A DNA stretch of 64,000 nucleotides. Source: an uncultured Bdellovibrionales bacterium. Lineage in GTDB: Bacteria; Myxococcota; XYA12-FULL-58-9; JALHOP01. The translations under genes and the position numbers were made by a program. Position 1 is the first letter of the stretch. Every line of letters starts with the position of its first letter. Where the stretch lies: the NCBI GenBank assembly GCA_964484195.1, contig CAZAER010000013.1, positions 54,361-118,360 of the forward strand. The letters are read 5' to 3'. The notes beneath the pieces are model-generated. The model saw nothing but the letters and a program-made list of their open reading frames with translations, was not told where the DNA came from and ran no database searches. Shown here piece after piece: positions 18,414 through 27,658 of this stretch.

Positions 18414-20819
18414 CTAGCGATCTTCGAGGATGTTGGTCTGCTCGGGGAGCGGCACATTCAGCGCGTACACGTACGACGCGGTCATGATGAGCAGCCCCAT
18501 GAAGGCGGCGACGACGAGCGTGATCATGTCGCTGCGTGAGAAGAAGCGACCGACCTCTTCGTAGCCGTCGCGATCATCGAGCGGCTCGTCCGCGAGCATC
18601 GCGCCCGGCATCGGCGTCGCCACGGTTCGCGGCGCATCCATCTCGCCAGGGAACGGGCCCGAGCGTGCGAAGGCCTCGTCGTCGAGCAGCTCGATGTCGT
18701 CGATCCTGTCGGGCGCGGTGTCGCTGTCGCGCTCACCGAGGTTCGACGGCACGCGGGCCTTTTTCTTTTTCGGCTTGGCGTGCGCCATGGCGACCTGGGT
18801 CACCGCCTTTTCTGGCGGTGTCGCAATGACGGTCGAGACGTGGAGCGGTTGCACGGTCGTTGCGACGTTCATGACCTCGGGCGGCGCCGCGGTGACGACG
18901 GCGAGCACCTCGGAGATCTGGGCGTGCTCCGCGTTCTTGGGGCGCTTGTATTCCGGCTTGGCGGTTTCGACGCCGTAGCCCGAAGGTTGGGTGCGGCGGA
19001 CGAGATCGGCCACGCTGTCATCGTAGACCTTGGTCTTCGACTCGAAGATGATCGAGGGCGACGCTGCGGTTGGCGTCTTCAGCTGGAAGAGCGCTTCACT
19101 CGGGCCCTGATCCTTGAAGAGGGGCTCCGCGACCACAGTCGGACCTTCACCCAAGGGGAGCGGTGGCTTGAAGGCGGTCGTGACGCTTTCGTGGGCCCAG
19201 GGAGTCGCGACGGGCGCTGGTGGCTCCGCGGGTACTTTCGCGATGGGCTCATCGGCACGGGTCGACTCGTTGTCGGCCTTCGGCATGTCGTCGTCGACGG
19301 TGAAGCTGAAATCGCCTGACGGGCTCAAGCCCTGCGGCGGGGGCTCGGCGTTGGTGATGCTCGGGGTAGGCTCGAAAGGGAGGAGCTGGCTGGTGCTCGA
19401 GAAATCCGGAGCCGTGCTCGGTGGGATCACGAACTGCGACATATTCGGGTTCGCGTGCAGACCAGTGTCGACGATGAACTGGCTGTCCATGGGTCGATCG
19501 GCGTGCCTACCGGCGTCGGTGACCTCTCTTACCTCGCCGGTGTTGGTAATCTCGCGATGTACACCGGTGTCGGGCCTGTCGTTCTCGCTGGTGCCGGAAA
19601 CATCGTGGTGCACACCGGTGTCCGGGATGTCGCCGCTGATGCCCGTGTCGGTGCGTTCGACATGGTCGTCGAGTGGATCGCCGTCCGCGTCGGAGACGCC
19701 GGTATCGTCGTCGTCATCGATGTTGGCGAGCGAAGGGTCGTCGGCCGTGGTGCGCTCGTCGTGCGCGTCGCGCGTCTTGTCACCGCCGCTGGCGCTGTCC
19801 GCCATGGCCACGGGCTTGCTCCCCGAGCCCGCTCCTGGCGCGAGTCGCCGGTATTGCTCGACGCGCACCTTCTCGCGCTCGTAGTCCTCGAAGAAGAGCT
19901 CGCGCATGATGCGGGCCAGCTCTCCCTTGTCGATGACCTGTCCGTCATCGCGGATGAAGGCGCGCAACGCATCGGCCATTTCGGCGGCGGTCGCGTAGCG
20001 CTTGTCGGGCTCGCGTTGCATGGCGCGCTCGATGATCTTGCCGAGCACGCGCGGCATGCTGGCGTTGACGAGCTCGGGAGGCGAGAAGCTCGCCCGTGCG
20101 ACCTTGCCGAGGGTCGCGGCATCGCTGCCGCCGCGAAACGGTGCCATGCCGGTGGTCATCTCGTAGAGCATGACGCCCAAGGAGAAGACGTCGGAGCGGC
20201 GATCGGCTGGATTGCTGATCGCTTGTTCGGGCGAAAGGTAGCCGAAGCGACCTTTGATGGAACCGATGCGTCCTTCGATGCCACGGCTCTTTGCGTCGCG
20301 GGCGCTGAAGTCGATGAGCTTGGGGACGCCCTCGTACGAGACCAAGAGCTTTTGCGGGCTCAGGTCGCGGTGGACGACCGTCTTGCCTGGTTCGTCGGGA
20401 GATTCGACGCCGTGAGCGTAGTCGAGGGCGTCCGCGATGGCGGCGGCAATGTAGGCACTGGCTACGTACGGTAGTGGAGCGCCGGTTTTGCGCGCGCGTT
20501 GCTGGATGGTCTTCAGATCCTTGCCGTGGATGAACTCCATGACCAGGAAGTGCTGCTTGTTGTTGACCCCGGAGTCGACGGCTTCGGCGATGTTCGGATG
20601 CCGCAAGATGCTGGCGATGCGCGACTCGTCTTGGAACGTCTTGATGAGCTCGGCGTTGCCGGCAAACTGAGTGAGCAGGCGCTTCACCGCTAGGAGCCGA
20701 CCACCCACGCCGTCCCCGAGGCGCTTACCCAGGAACACCTCGGCCGTTCCACCGGTCCCCAGGCGGCCGAGCAGGTAGTAGTCGCCGTAGGCGATCCCTT
20801 CACTCACGCTGCGAAACAT
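18414..20819 (-). CDS. Pkn-type Ser/Thr kinase-like protein with C-terminal TM (probable pseudokinase)
   Basis: LGTGGTAEV, AVKRL, HRDLSPQK, IDFS, YLSPEQ, SDVFSLG. Confidence 0.9.
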   Translation of the reverse strand: MFRSVSEGIAYGDYYLLGRLGTGGTAEVFLGKRLGDGVGGRLLAVKRLLTQFAGNAELIKTFQDESRIASILRHPNIAEAVDSGVNNKQHFLVMEFIHGKDLKTIQQRARKTGAPLPYVASAYIAAAIADALDYAHGVESPDEPGKTVVHRDLSPQKLLVSYEGVPKLIDFSARDAKSRGIEGRIGSIKGRFGYLSPEQAISNPADRRSDVFSLGVMLYEMTTGMAPFRGGSDAATLGKVARASFSPPELVNASMPRVLGKIIERAMQREPDKRYATAAEMADALRAFIRDDGQVIDKGELARIMRELFFEDYEREKVRVEQYRRLAPGAGSGSKPVAMADSASGGDKTRDAHDERTTADDPSLANIDDDDDTGVSDADGDPLDDHVERTDTGISGDIPDTGVHHDVSGTSENDRPDTGVHREITNTGEVREVTDAGRHADRPMDSQFIVDTGLHANPNMSQFVIPPSTAPDFSSTSQLLPFEPTPSITNAEPPPQGLSPSGDFSFTVDDDMPKADNESTRADEPIAKVPAEPPAPVATPWAHESVTTAFKPPLPLGEGPTVVAEPLFKDQGPSEALFQLKTPTAASPSIIFESKTKVYDDSVADLVRRTQPSGYGVETAKPEYKRPKNAEHAQISEVLAVVTAAPPEVMNVATTVQPLHVSTVIATPPEKAVTQVAMAHAKPKKKKARVPSNLGERDSDTAPDRIDDIELLDDEAFARSGPFPGEMDAPRTVATPMPGAMLADEPLDDRDGYEEVGRFFSRSDMITLVVAAFMGLLIMTASYVYALNVPLPEQTNILEDR

Positions 20820-20921
20820 ACTTGATCAGTTAGTTTGCGCAAGCTGGCGGCTGATTTATAACTTTGTCAGGCGTTGGTGGGGTGCGGCGACAGGTCCAGC
20901 CGCGTCTCCCTGTGCACGACG

Positions 20922-22862
20922 ATGATCGTTCAATGTCCGCAGTGCTCCACGAGATTTCGCCTCGACCCGCGTCGTCTGAGCGACCGTGGTGCGCGTGTGA
21001 CGTGCTCGGTCTGCAACCATGGGTTCGTCGTGCGCGCCGACGATGACGTCGAAGCGCTCGATCCCTTCGCGTCCACGAAGGTCGACAATCCGCAGCAGCA
21101 GACGCTAAGCCGGCCCGGATCATTCGATTCCGACACGACGGCGCACGAGGCCATTCCCCCGAGCTTCGAGCTCCAGGAGTCGCCGCACGAGAGCAAGACC
21201 GCCATCCACCTAGTCAAGTCGGCCGCCCGGCCTCGCGCCCCAGCCTCGTTCGACGACGTGGAGACACTGGTCGATCCGCCAGCGCGCGGCCCCATGACAC
21301 TCGATGATGTCTCTGCGGCCGTCGCTCCGGGCATGCCGGCGCACCGCGGCCCCGCCTTTCCAACCGATACGCCGACTTCGGGCTACGACTTCATGAGCGT
21401 CGACATCAGCGACGACACCGCTACAGCGGTCACCGACGACGATGTCATGAGCATCGACGACGACGACCTCGTCTCCATCGAAGACGAGCCCACCGTCGAT
21501 CAGAACGTGTCCGTCACCATGCGCGAGCCCGCCGCGCCGCAGTTCATGCCGGCCGAGACTTCGCGGTCGACCACACGGGTCGTGCAAACGCCTTCGCTGT
21601 TCGTCGAGTCGACCGGCGATCTCGCGTTGCCTTCCACGGTCTCTGGCTCGTCGTCGTTCGCTGGCCGTCCTGCCCCGGAGACGCCGGCTTTTCCAGACCA
21701 CATCGCACAGGCGCGGACCTCGATCATTCAGGTTCCATCCCTCACGCGTCCGACCAACGAAGCGCACAAGCAGACGGCGATGCTTTCAGCGGGTGGTGGG
21801 GCGACTTTCGTCGGCCGCATCGACCCAGCGCTCATGGCGCGCGCCGCGCAGCAAGACGACGCCGACCTTATGTTGACCGGTGGCTTGTCGGCCGACGGCA
21901 CCTATTCGCCGCCGCAAGAGGAGACGCGCCCGGCGATTCAGCTCGAAGGCCAGACTGCGGTTCACGACCTTCAGCTCGACCGCCTCGGCTTGCGCCGGGA
22001 GACGCGGCCTCTCGCGACCGTCGGCCTCGGAGAAGGCACGACGCAGGATGGGGTCCAGCGAGCGCCGCCACCGCCACCCGAAGCGACCTCCGGCACGCGG
22101 GTCGTGCGCGCCGTAACCACCGTGATGTTGTCGGTCGTCCTACTCGTGCTCGCAGTTTTTGCCCTGGTCCGCAGCGGCCAGCTCGACACCGAGGTGCTGC
22201 GTGATCCGGAGCGCATCGTGCGCGGTGATGGGGTCGAAGGCGCGTCCGGTATCCTTGGCGTGCAACCGACGTCGATGCGCTCGGTGTTGTATCCGACCGT
22301 TCACGGCAAGATTTTGGTGTTCACCGGTGAGGTGAAGAACGCCAGCATGCAGCCGGTCTCGAACCTCGACGTGGTCGCCGAAGTCCGCAAGCAAGACGAC
22401 ACCTTGCTCGCCGAAGGACGTGGCTCACTGGGAGTCGTGCTCAGCGTCGCCGAGCTCGCGCGACTCGAGACGCCGGAAGCCGCCGCTCGCGCCTTCGCCG
22501 CCAAGCAAGCGGGGCCGCTCACCATCGCGCCTGGCGAGCGCGTGCAGTTCATGGTCGTCATCTCGCCGGCGCCGCGTGAGCTGCGCTCGAGCCGCCATCG
22601 CGTGCGCTTGGTCCAAGCAGAGCCGGCTCCAGTTCCGGTTACCGCGCCAGCGCTCTCGCCGCCGCCTCCCCCGGTCCCCGCTGCGGTCGCGCCGAATGGC
22701 GCCGAGCCCGCCGAAGACAGCGCCGTGAACCCACCTGCCGCTGGCGGTGAGCATGACGCTCTGCCCAACAAGCTCAAGATGAAGGCCAAGCGCATGAAGA
22801 TGAAGCGCAAGGCCCGCGATGCCGATGACAGTGCTCCCAGCGAGCCGGTATCCGATCAGTAA
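20922..22862 (+). CDS. MJ0042-type zinc-ribbon protein with TM and DUF3426-like C-terminal domain
   Basis: MIVQCPQCSTRFRL..VTCSVCNHGF; disordered linker; TM; VFTGEVKN. Confidence 0.8.
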   Translation: MIVQCPQCSTRFRLDPRRLSDRGARVTCSVCNHGFVVRADDDVEALDPFASTKVDNPQQQTLSRPGSFDSDTTAHEAIPPSFELQESPHESKTAIHLVKSAARPRAPASFDDVETLVDPPARGPMTLDDVSAAVAPGMPAHRGPAFPTDTPTSGYDFMSVDISDDTATAVTDDDVMSIDDDDLVSIEDEPTVDQNVSVTMREPAAPQFMPAETSRSTTRVVQTPSLFVESTGDLALPSTVSGSSSFAGRPAPETPAFPDHIAQARTSIIQVPSLTRPTNEAHKQTAMLSAGGGATFVGRIDPALMARAAQQDDADLMLTGGLSADGTYSPPQEETRPAIQLEGQTAVHDLQLDRLGLRRETRPLATVGLGEGTTQDGVQRAPPPPPEATSGTRVVRAVTTVMLSVVLLVLAVFALVRSGQLDTEVLRDPERIVRGDGVEGASGILGVQPTSMRSVLYPTVHGKILVFTGEVKNASMQPVSNLDVVAEVRKQDDTLLAEGRGSLGVVLSVAELARLETPEAAARAFAAKQAGPLTIAPGERVQFMVVISPAPRELRSSRHRVRLVQAEPAPVPVTAPALSPPPPPVPAAVAPNGAEPAEDSAVNPPAAGGEHDALPNKLKMKAKRMKMKRKARDADDSAPSEPVSDQ

Positions 22863-22868
22863 GCGCCG

Positions 22869-23000
22869 CTAGCGCTTGCCGAATGTCCGCTCGAGCAGAC
22901 GACTGAGGCCGTCGGCGAGGCGCCGCAAGTTGTGGGCGCTGAACACCATCGCCAGGATGAACAGCGTCAGCAAGAGCTCTGGCAGATAAGGCACTTGCAT
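22869..23000 (-). CDS. TatA/E-like small membrane protein
   Basis: PELLLTLFILAMVFSAHNLRRLADGL follows the TatA TM plus amphipathic helix pattern; ATG overlaps upstream stop. Confidence 0.45.
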   Translation of the reverse strand: MQVPYLPELLLTLFILAMVFSAHNLRRLADGLSRLLERTFGKR

Positions 23001-23908
23001 CAGATGTTCAGACCGACTTTCAGCGTGTGACTCACGTTCGTGCTGGAGGCGCCGATGCCCGAGGGCAAAAAGCCGACATCGAGGAAGTAACCGGCGAAGC
23101 CGAAGCCATACACGGCGTGGCAACCCAAGAACAGGCGCGTGATGTGGTTGTCGCCGAAGCCGAGGGTCGGGAAGCGATAGAGTGAGCCGCCCGGGCCGAA
23201 CGTCTGATCGGCCGGATCGACGACTTCGGCGGGTGTCGCGTCGAGGACGCCGCTGCTGGTGCGCACGAGCATGCGGCCGATGCCGAGTGACGGGGTGAGA
23301 CGTAGCGCGGCTTTCCAGATGATGGTGTAGGACGCGAGCAGGTCGAATTCGAGCGTCGTTTGCGTGAGCTCGCTCGCGCCGACCAAGTGGCCGACCGCGG
23401 CACGTAGGGCGACGTCGGGCACGTAGCGCGGCAGGTACGCTTCGAAGAGTCCCACCTTCAGGTCCAGGCCGAGGGCGACCATCGAGCTCGATCCGAGGTA
23501 TGCCATCGACAGGCCGAGATCGGTCGAGAAGGGGAGACCCTTGCGGACCTGGAGCGTCGGGGACCAAAAACCACCGGGCTGGCCGCCGCCGTTGACCGCG
23601 CTCTCGAACACCGGTGCCGAGGGTGAGCCCTGCCAGTAGTCGGCGCTACCGCTGATGCCCGTGTAATTGAGCGCGAAGGCGAGCTCGAAGCCCGCTGCTC
23701 CCAGGCTGTCTGCGCCTGCCAGCAGACGTGGGCCGACTACGAAGGCGAGCTCGGTCGCGAGCGCCCGGTAGCGGGCAACCGCAGGATCGGTCAGGTCCGC
23801 GGACAGGGGGCGGCCCAGACCGATGAGCGAGAAGTCGCGAGGTCCGGCGTTGGCGACACCTGTGCCCAGGAGGACGATGAGGAGAGCGGCGAGACGCGCA
23901 AACGCCAT
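23000..23908 (-). CDS. Putative outer-membrane beta-barrel protein
   Basis: Signal peptide, alternating amphipathic strands, C-terminal LKVGLNI. Confidence 0.65.
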   Translation of the reverse strand: MAFARLAALLIVLLGTGVANAGPRDFSLIGLGRPLSADLTDPAVARYRALATELAFVVGPRLLAGADSLGAAGFELAFALNYTGISGSADYWQGSPSAPVFESAVNGGGQPGGFWSPTLQVRKGLPFSTDLGLSMAYLGSSSMVALGLDLKVGLFEAYLPRYVPDVALRAAVGHLVGASELTQTTLEFDLLASYTIIWKAALRLTPSLGIGRMLVRTSSGVLDATPAEVVDPADQTFGPGGSLYRFPTLGFGDNHITRLFLGCHAVYGFGFAGYFLDVGFLPSGIGASSTNVSHTLKVGLNI

Positions 23909-23952
23909 AGGTGCTCGATTGTCGGCGCCATGGCTCAATGTGTTTCGGCGGC

Positions 23953-25080
23953 TCATGTCGCGCCTTCGAGGAAGTGGGAATGGAGGGCTGAGAGACTAGC
24001 GAGGTCATGCACGTCGCTGGCGAGCTCGGGCAAGAGAATCGTGCGTACCTGACCCAGGCGTTCGGCCAGCTGGTGGATGGCTTCGTGGTCGGCGCGCGCG
24101 AGGCTCGCCTCCTCGCGGAGCGCTGCCAGGGCCTGATCGGCGGCTCCTGGGGTGAGCGGCACGAGGGCAGCGCGCACCGCATCGAGGGCCTCTGGTGTCG
24201 TAGCCTCTGGCGGCACATTGCGGACGCGGTTGACCACCAGGGCACGGACTTTCAGGCCTTCGGCGGCAAGCTCCTCGCGAAAGCGGAACATCGCGTCGTG
24301 CTGGGCGCGTTGTGTGCTCGACACCAAGTTGAAGGCGACCTCGTCGGAAGCGAGTAGGTCGCGGACGCGCCGTGAGCGCTCGCGGAAGCCTTCGTACATG
24401 CCTTGGAAGCCGAGCACGAACTCGGCGAGCTCGCGCAGGGTCTCCGCGCCGGCGAGCTTGCCCACGCTCTTGCTGATGAACGAGCTGCCGACGTCCAGGA
24501 TCTTGAGGGAGAAGCGGCCGGCGGCGGCGTAGGGCTTCACCAGCCACTGCACCGTGTCTTGCTCGAGGAAGTCGATGATGCGGCTCGGTGCCTCGAGGAA
24601 GTCGACGGCGTTACCGGAGGGCGGTGTGTCGAGGACGATGAGGTCGTACTTGCCGCTCGCATAGACCTCGTGGAGCTTCTCGACGGCCGCGTACTCGTGA
24701 GAACCGACGAGGACGGTCGAGAAGTGCTGATAGATGCGGTTGCCGAGGATGGCGCGCTTCTTCTCGTCGTTCGGGGCAAAGCGCTCGACCAGCTCGTCGA
24801 AGGTGCGTTTCACGTCGGGCATCATCGCCCAGAGCGGCGCGCGGAGCGTAACCCCGTAGGGCTCGAGCTGGTCTTGCTCGATCTCGTGCTCGACGTTGCC
24901 GAAGGCAGGGAGGCCGAGGGCGTTCGCGAGCCGGCGCGCTGGGTCGATGGTCATGACCAGGGTGCGCCGCCCGCTCGCCGCCGCAGCGACCGCCATCGCG
25001 GCCGATACGGTGGTCTTGCCGACGCCACCGGTACCGACATTGACGACCACTTTGCGGTCTTCCCAGATCGGCTTGCTCAT
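23953..25080 (-). CDS. ArsA/Get3 family ATPase
   Basis: GTGGVGKTT, TIDPARRLA, VLDTPP. Confidence 0.92.
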   Translation of the reverse strand: MSKPIWEDRKVVVNVGTGGVGKTTVSAAMAVAAAASGRRTLVMTIDPARRLANALGLPAFGNVEHEIEQDQLEPYGVTLRAPLWAMMPDVKRTFDELVERFAPNDEKKRAILGNRIYQHFSTVLVGSHEYAAVEKLHEVYASGKYDLIVLDTPPSGNAVDFLEAPSRIIDFLEQDTVQWLVKPYAAAGRFSLKILDVGSSFISKSVGKLAGAETLRELAEFVLGFQGMYEGFRERSRRVRDLLASDEVAFNLVSSTQRAQHDAMFRFREELAAEGLKVRALVVNRVRNVPPEATTPEALDAVRAALVPLTPGAADQALAALREEASLARADHEAIHQLAERLGQVRTILLPELASDVHDLASLSALHSHFLEGAT

Positions 25081-26006
25081 TGATCGGCCTCACGGGCGAG
25101 CGCCGGCACGATGACGTCGGCGATGGCATCGAGGCTTTGACGGCCGAAGTCGGCGGCGACCAGACGCGGGATGCTCACCGAGTCGCGCAGCATCTTGTGG
25201 GGGAGACGTTGCAGGTTTTGCTCGCCCGCGACGCGTCGCTGCTCGCGAGCTTTGAGCACCTGCGTGGCGGAGGCGAGGCGCTTGTCCGCTTCGGCGGACG
25301 ATTGCAGGGTCGGTACGATCTCCGGAACCAGGGCGCTGACGCGTTGATTGAGAAACGTCGTGCCGATGCGCATACCGAGCTCGTCGCCGACGGCACGCTC
25401 GATCTCGACCGCCTCGTTGACCGGCATCTCCTCGGGAGTCGTGACCACGTGCACCGCGGTGCGGTTGGTGTCGCGTAGGAGTTGGTCCATGGCGCGTGCG
25501 TTTTCGCGGAGAGGCCCCGTCGGCACCGTGGCTTGAACGACGCTGGGAGCGCGCAACATGGCGATGGCGTGCCCGGTCGCTGGAGCGTCGAGCACGATGA
25601 CGTCGAATCGCGGTCGCTCTCCTTCGCGCTCACGCTCGTGATGCCAGATCTTACCGAGCATCATGAGCTCGCCCAGGCTTGGCGTGAGGCGCAGGAAGTT
25701 CTTGACCACGCGGTTCTCGAAGACGGCCTTGTAGACGGTTTCGAATTTGAAGGTGAGCAGCACGTACTCGCGCAGGGTGTCACGCGGGTTCATGTCGACC
25801 AGGGCGATGTTCGGCAGCACGTCGGTGAGCTTGCTGCCGGTGGGCTCGACACCAAGCAGATGCGCGGCGCGATCGCGGCCGTTCACTTCGGCGAGCAAGA
25901 CGCGCTTGCCACGGCGGGCTTCGGCCAAGGCAAGGGCGGCGGCGACGGTGGTCTTACCAACGCCCCCCTTACCGGTGACGACGCGGAGCCTGGGAAGAAA
26001 CGCCAT
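25077..26006 (-). CDS. ArsA/Get3 family ATPase (partner paralog)
   Basis: TGKGGVGKTT, LDAPATGH, PEEMPVNE. Confidence 0.92.
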   Translation of the reverse strand: MAFLPRLRVVTGKGGVGKTTVAAALALAEARRGKRVLLAEVNGRDRAAHLLGVEPTGSKLTDVLPNIALVDMNPRDTLREYVLLTFKFETVYKAVFENRVVKNFLRLTPSLGELMMLGKIWHHEREREGERPRFDVIVLDAPATGHAIAMLRAPSVVQATVPTGPLRENARAMDQLLRDTNRTAVHVVTTPEEMPVNEAVEIERAVGDELGMRIGTTFLNQRVSALVPEIVPTLQSSAEADKRLASATQVLKAREQRRVAGEQNLQRLPHKMLRDSVSIPRLVAADFGRQSLDAIADVIVPALAREADQ

Positions 26007-26101
26007 GGCGGCGCGTTCCGTCGCACGTCGGCTGCGAAGGTGCAACGTTTGACGCGACCGGCCGGCCGCCATAGGTTCCAGGTATGGCCGGCAACGAATC
26101 G

Positions 26102-26278
26102 ATGTTCGACACCCTCAAAGAATGGCTCGTCGCCGGCAATCCCGGCCTCGTGACCAAAGACGACCTGTCGCGCCTCGAGTCACGCGTCGATGAGCTGCTC
26201 GAGCTCATGGACGAGATCGAAGCGCGCCTCGAGGAGCCCGCCGAGGACAAGAGCCTCAACGGGCACGGGGACGACTAG
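26102..26278 (+). CDS. Small coiled-coil protein (UbiK/phasin-like)
   Basis: LVTKDDLSRLESRVDEL heptad pattern. Confidence 0.55.
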   Translation: MFDTLKEWLVAGNPGLVTKDDLSRLESRVDELLELMDEIEARLEEPAEDKSLNGHGDD

Positions 26279-26287
26279 CGCGGCACT

Positions 26288-26716
26288 TTAGGTGAAGACG
26301 ACCGTCGGTGAGTTCATCTTCGCGACGGTCTTGAGCTCCGCGAGCAAGTCCGCGAGTGCCTCGCCCTCGATGGCGACCGAATAGGTCTTCTCAGGGCCGC
26401 CCGGCGTGAAGCGCTCTTTTCCACCGTGGTACTCGCCGACTGTCACGTTGCACGTGATGCTGCCGGGGCTCGCGACGATGTTGCTGACGCTCTTCATGCG
26501 GGGAGTGCGGCCGTCGAGGAGGTTACCGACGCCGGTCGCTTCGTTGAAGGCGATGAGCATCGGGTTCGATGGCCGGCTGCCGAGCACCTTCAGGACGGCT
26601 TCCGCAAAGGCTGGATGCTCCGGAGGCACGGGAAGCTGCAGAGGCGTGCCGGCGCCGACGTATGCAGTCTTCGAGACAACTGGTGGTACCACCCTCGGAA
26701 TAGACGTATCGCCCAC
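26288..26716 (-). CDS. Hypothetical protein
   Basis: 142-aa ORF, GAGG before GTG start, typical codon bias. Confidence 0.55.
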   Translation of the reverse strand: MGDTSIPRVVPPVVSKTAYVGAGTPLQLPVPPEHPAFAEAVLKVLGSRPSNPMLIAFNEATGVGNLLDGRTPRMKSVSNIVASPGSITCNVTVGEYHGGKERFTPGGPEKTYSVAIEGEALADLLAELKTVAKMNSPTVVFT

Positions 26717-26800
26717 GACGAACCTCGATTGTTGTTCGTCATGGATATCGGTTGTCGCGCCACACTGGTGTTTGCCAGGAGGTCACCGCGCCGTGATCGA

Positions 26801-27499
26801 TCAACCTGGTAGCCGGCGATAAACCCCAACGACCAAGCCGATGATCTGCACCTGCTTGAAGTCTTTCTTGTCGACGTAGATGGGCTTCATGCTGGCGTTC
26901 GCCGGTTGCAGGCGGATGCGATCGCCTTCGGGGTAGAAGCGCTTCACCGTCGCTTCGTTCTCGATGATGACGACGACGATCTCGCCGGGCTCGGCGTGAG
27001 CGCGCTTGCGCACGAAGATGTAGTCGCCGTCGTAGATGCCGTCTTCGATCATGGACTCGCCGACGACCTTCAAGGCGAAGAGCTTCTTGCCGTCACCGAC
27101 GAGCATCGAGTCGACGACCACCGAGCCTTCGGCGTGCTCTTCGGCGAGGATGGGCTCACCGGCGGCGACCCGGCCGAGAATGGGGATCTCGAGGCTGCGA
27201 CCACTACCGCCCGATGGGAACAGGGCGCGCACCACGTTGCTGCCGCGTGACTCGGAGCGCTTCTCTTCGGCTGGCTCGTCGTTCACCAGCATGAGCGTGC
27301 GCGATTTCATGTCTTGCTGCTGCAAGTAGCCTTTGCGCTTGAGCGCTTTGAGATGGTCGGCGACGCCGTTGGTCGAGCGGATACCGAGGTGCTCGCCGAT
27401 CTCGCGGATGGTCGGCGGGTAACCCCAGGCGCGGATGCGGTCTTGGATGAACTCGTAGACTTCGCGCTGCCGATCGGTGAGCTCGGGACGGTCGTTCAT
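26801..27499 (-). CDS. lexA: SOS repressor LexA
   Basis: LTDRQ..GYPPTIREI wHTH, VAAG cleavage site, GESM catalytic Ser, ATVKR catalytic Lys. Confidence 0.97.
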   Translation of the reverse strand: MNDRPELTDRQREVYEFIQDRIRAWGYPPTIREIGEHLGIRSTNGVADHLKALKRKGYLQQQDMKSRTLMLVNDEPAEEKRSESRGSNVVRALFPSGGSGRSLEIPILGRVAAGEPILAEEHAEGSVVVDSMLVGDGKKLFALKVVGESMIEDGIYDGDYIFVRKRAHAEPGEIVVVIIENEATVKRFYPEGDRIRLQPANASMKPIYVDKKDFKQVQIIGLVVGVYRRLPG

Positions 27500-27505
27500 G
27501 GTCCG

Positions 27506-27543
27506 ACGTTACTGAACGCTTGAACACGTGTCAAATGTTCAGC
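27506..27543 (-). promoter_or_regulatory. Sigma70 promoter of lexA with candidate LexA half-sites
   Basis: TTGACA (27534-27529), 17 bp, TAACGT (27511-27506); TGAAC at 27513 and 27521, GTTCAG at 27537. Confidence 0.7.
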
Positions 27544-27658
27544 AATGAAAAGACCGCTAACGCGTACGCGCCTTTGCCGGCGCAAGAAGGTTCCTGGTGC
27601 TTTCGTTTTCCTGGCGCCGCCGAGGGATCTCGCGCTACGTAGCGGGGACCGACCTCAC

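Noticed and set aside
23953-26006. Arsenic resistance operon
   Set aside because: No arsR/B/C/D nearby and no metalloid-binding Cys residues in these ATPases
27561-27644. Palindromes CGCGTACGCG and CGCTACGTAGCG upstream of the sigma gene
   Set aside because: Short GC-rich palindromes are plausible by chance; no supporting copies seen
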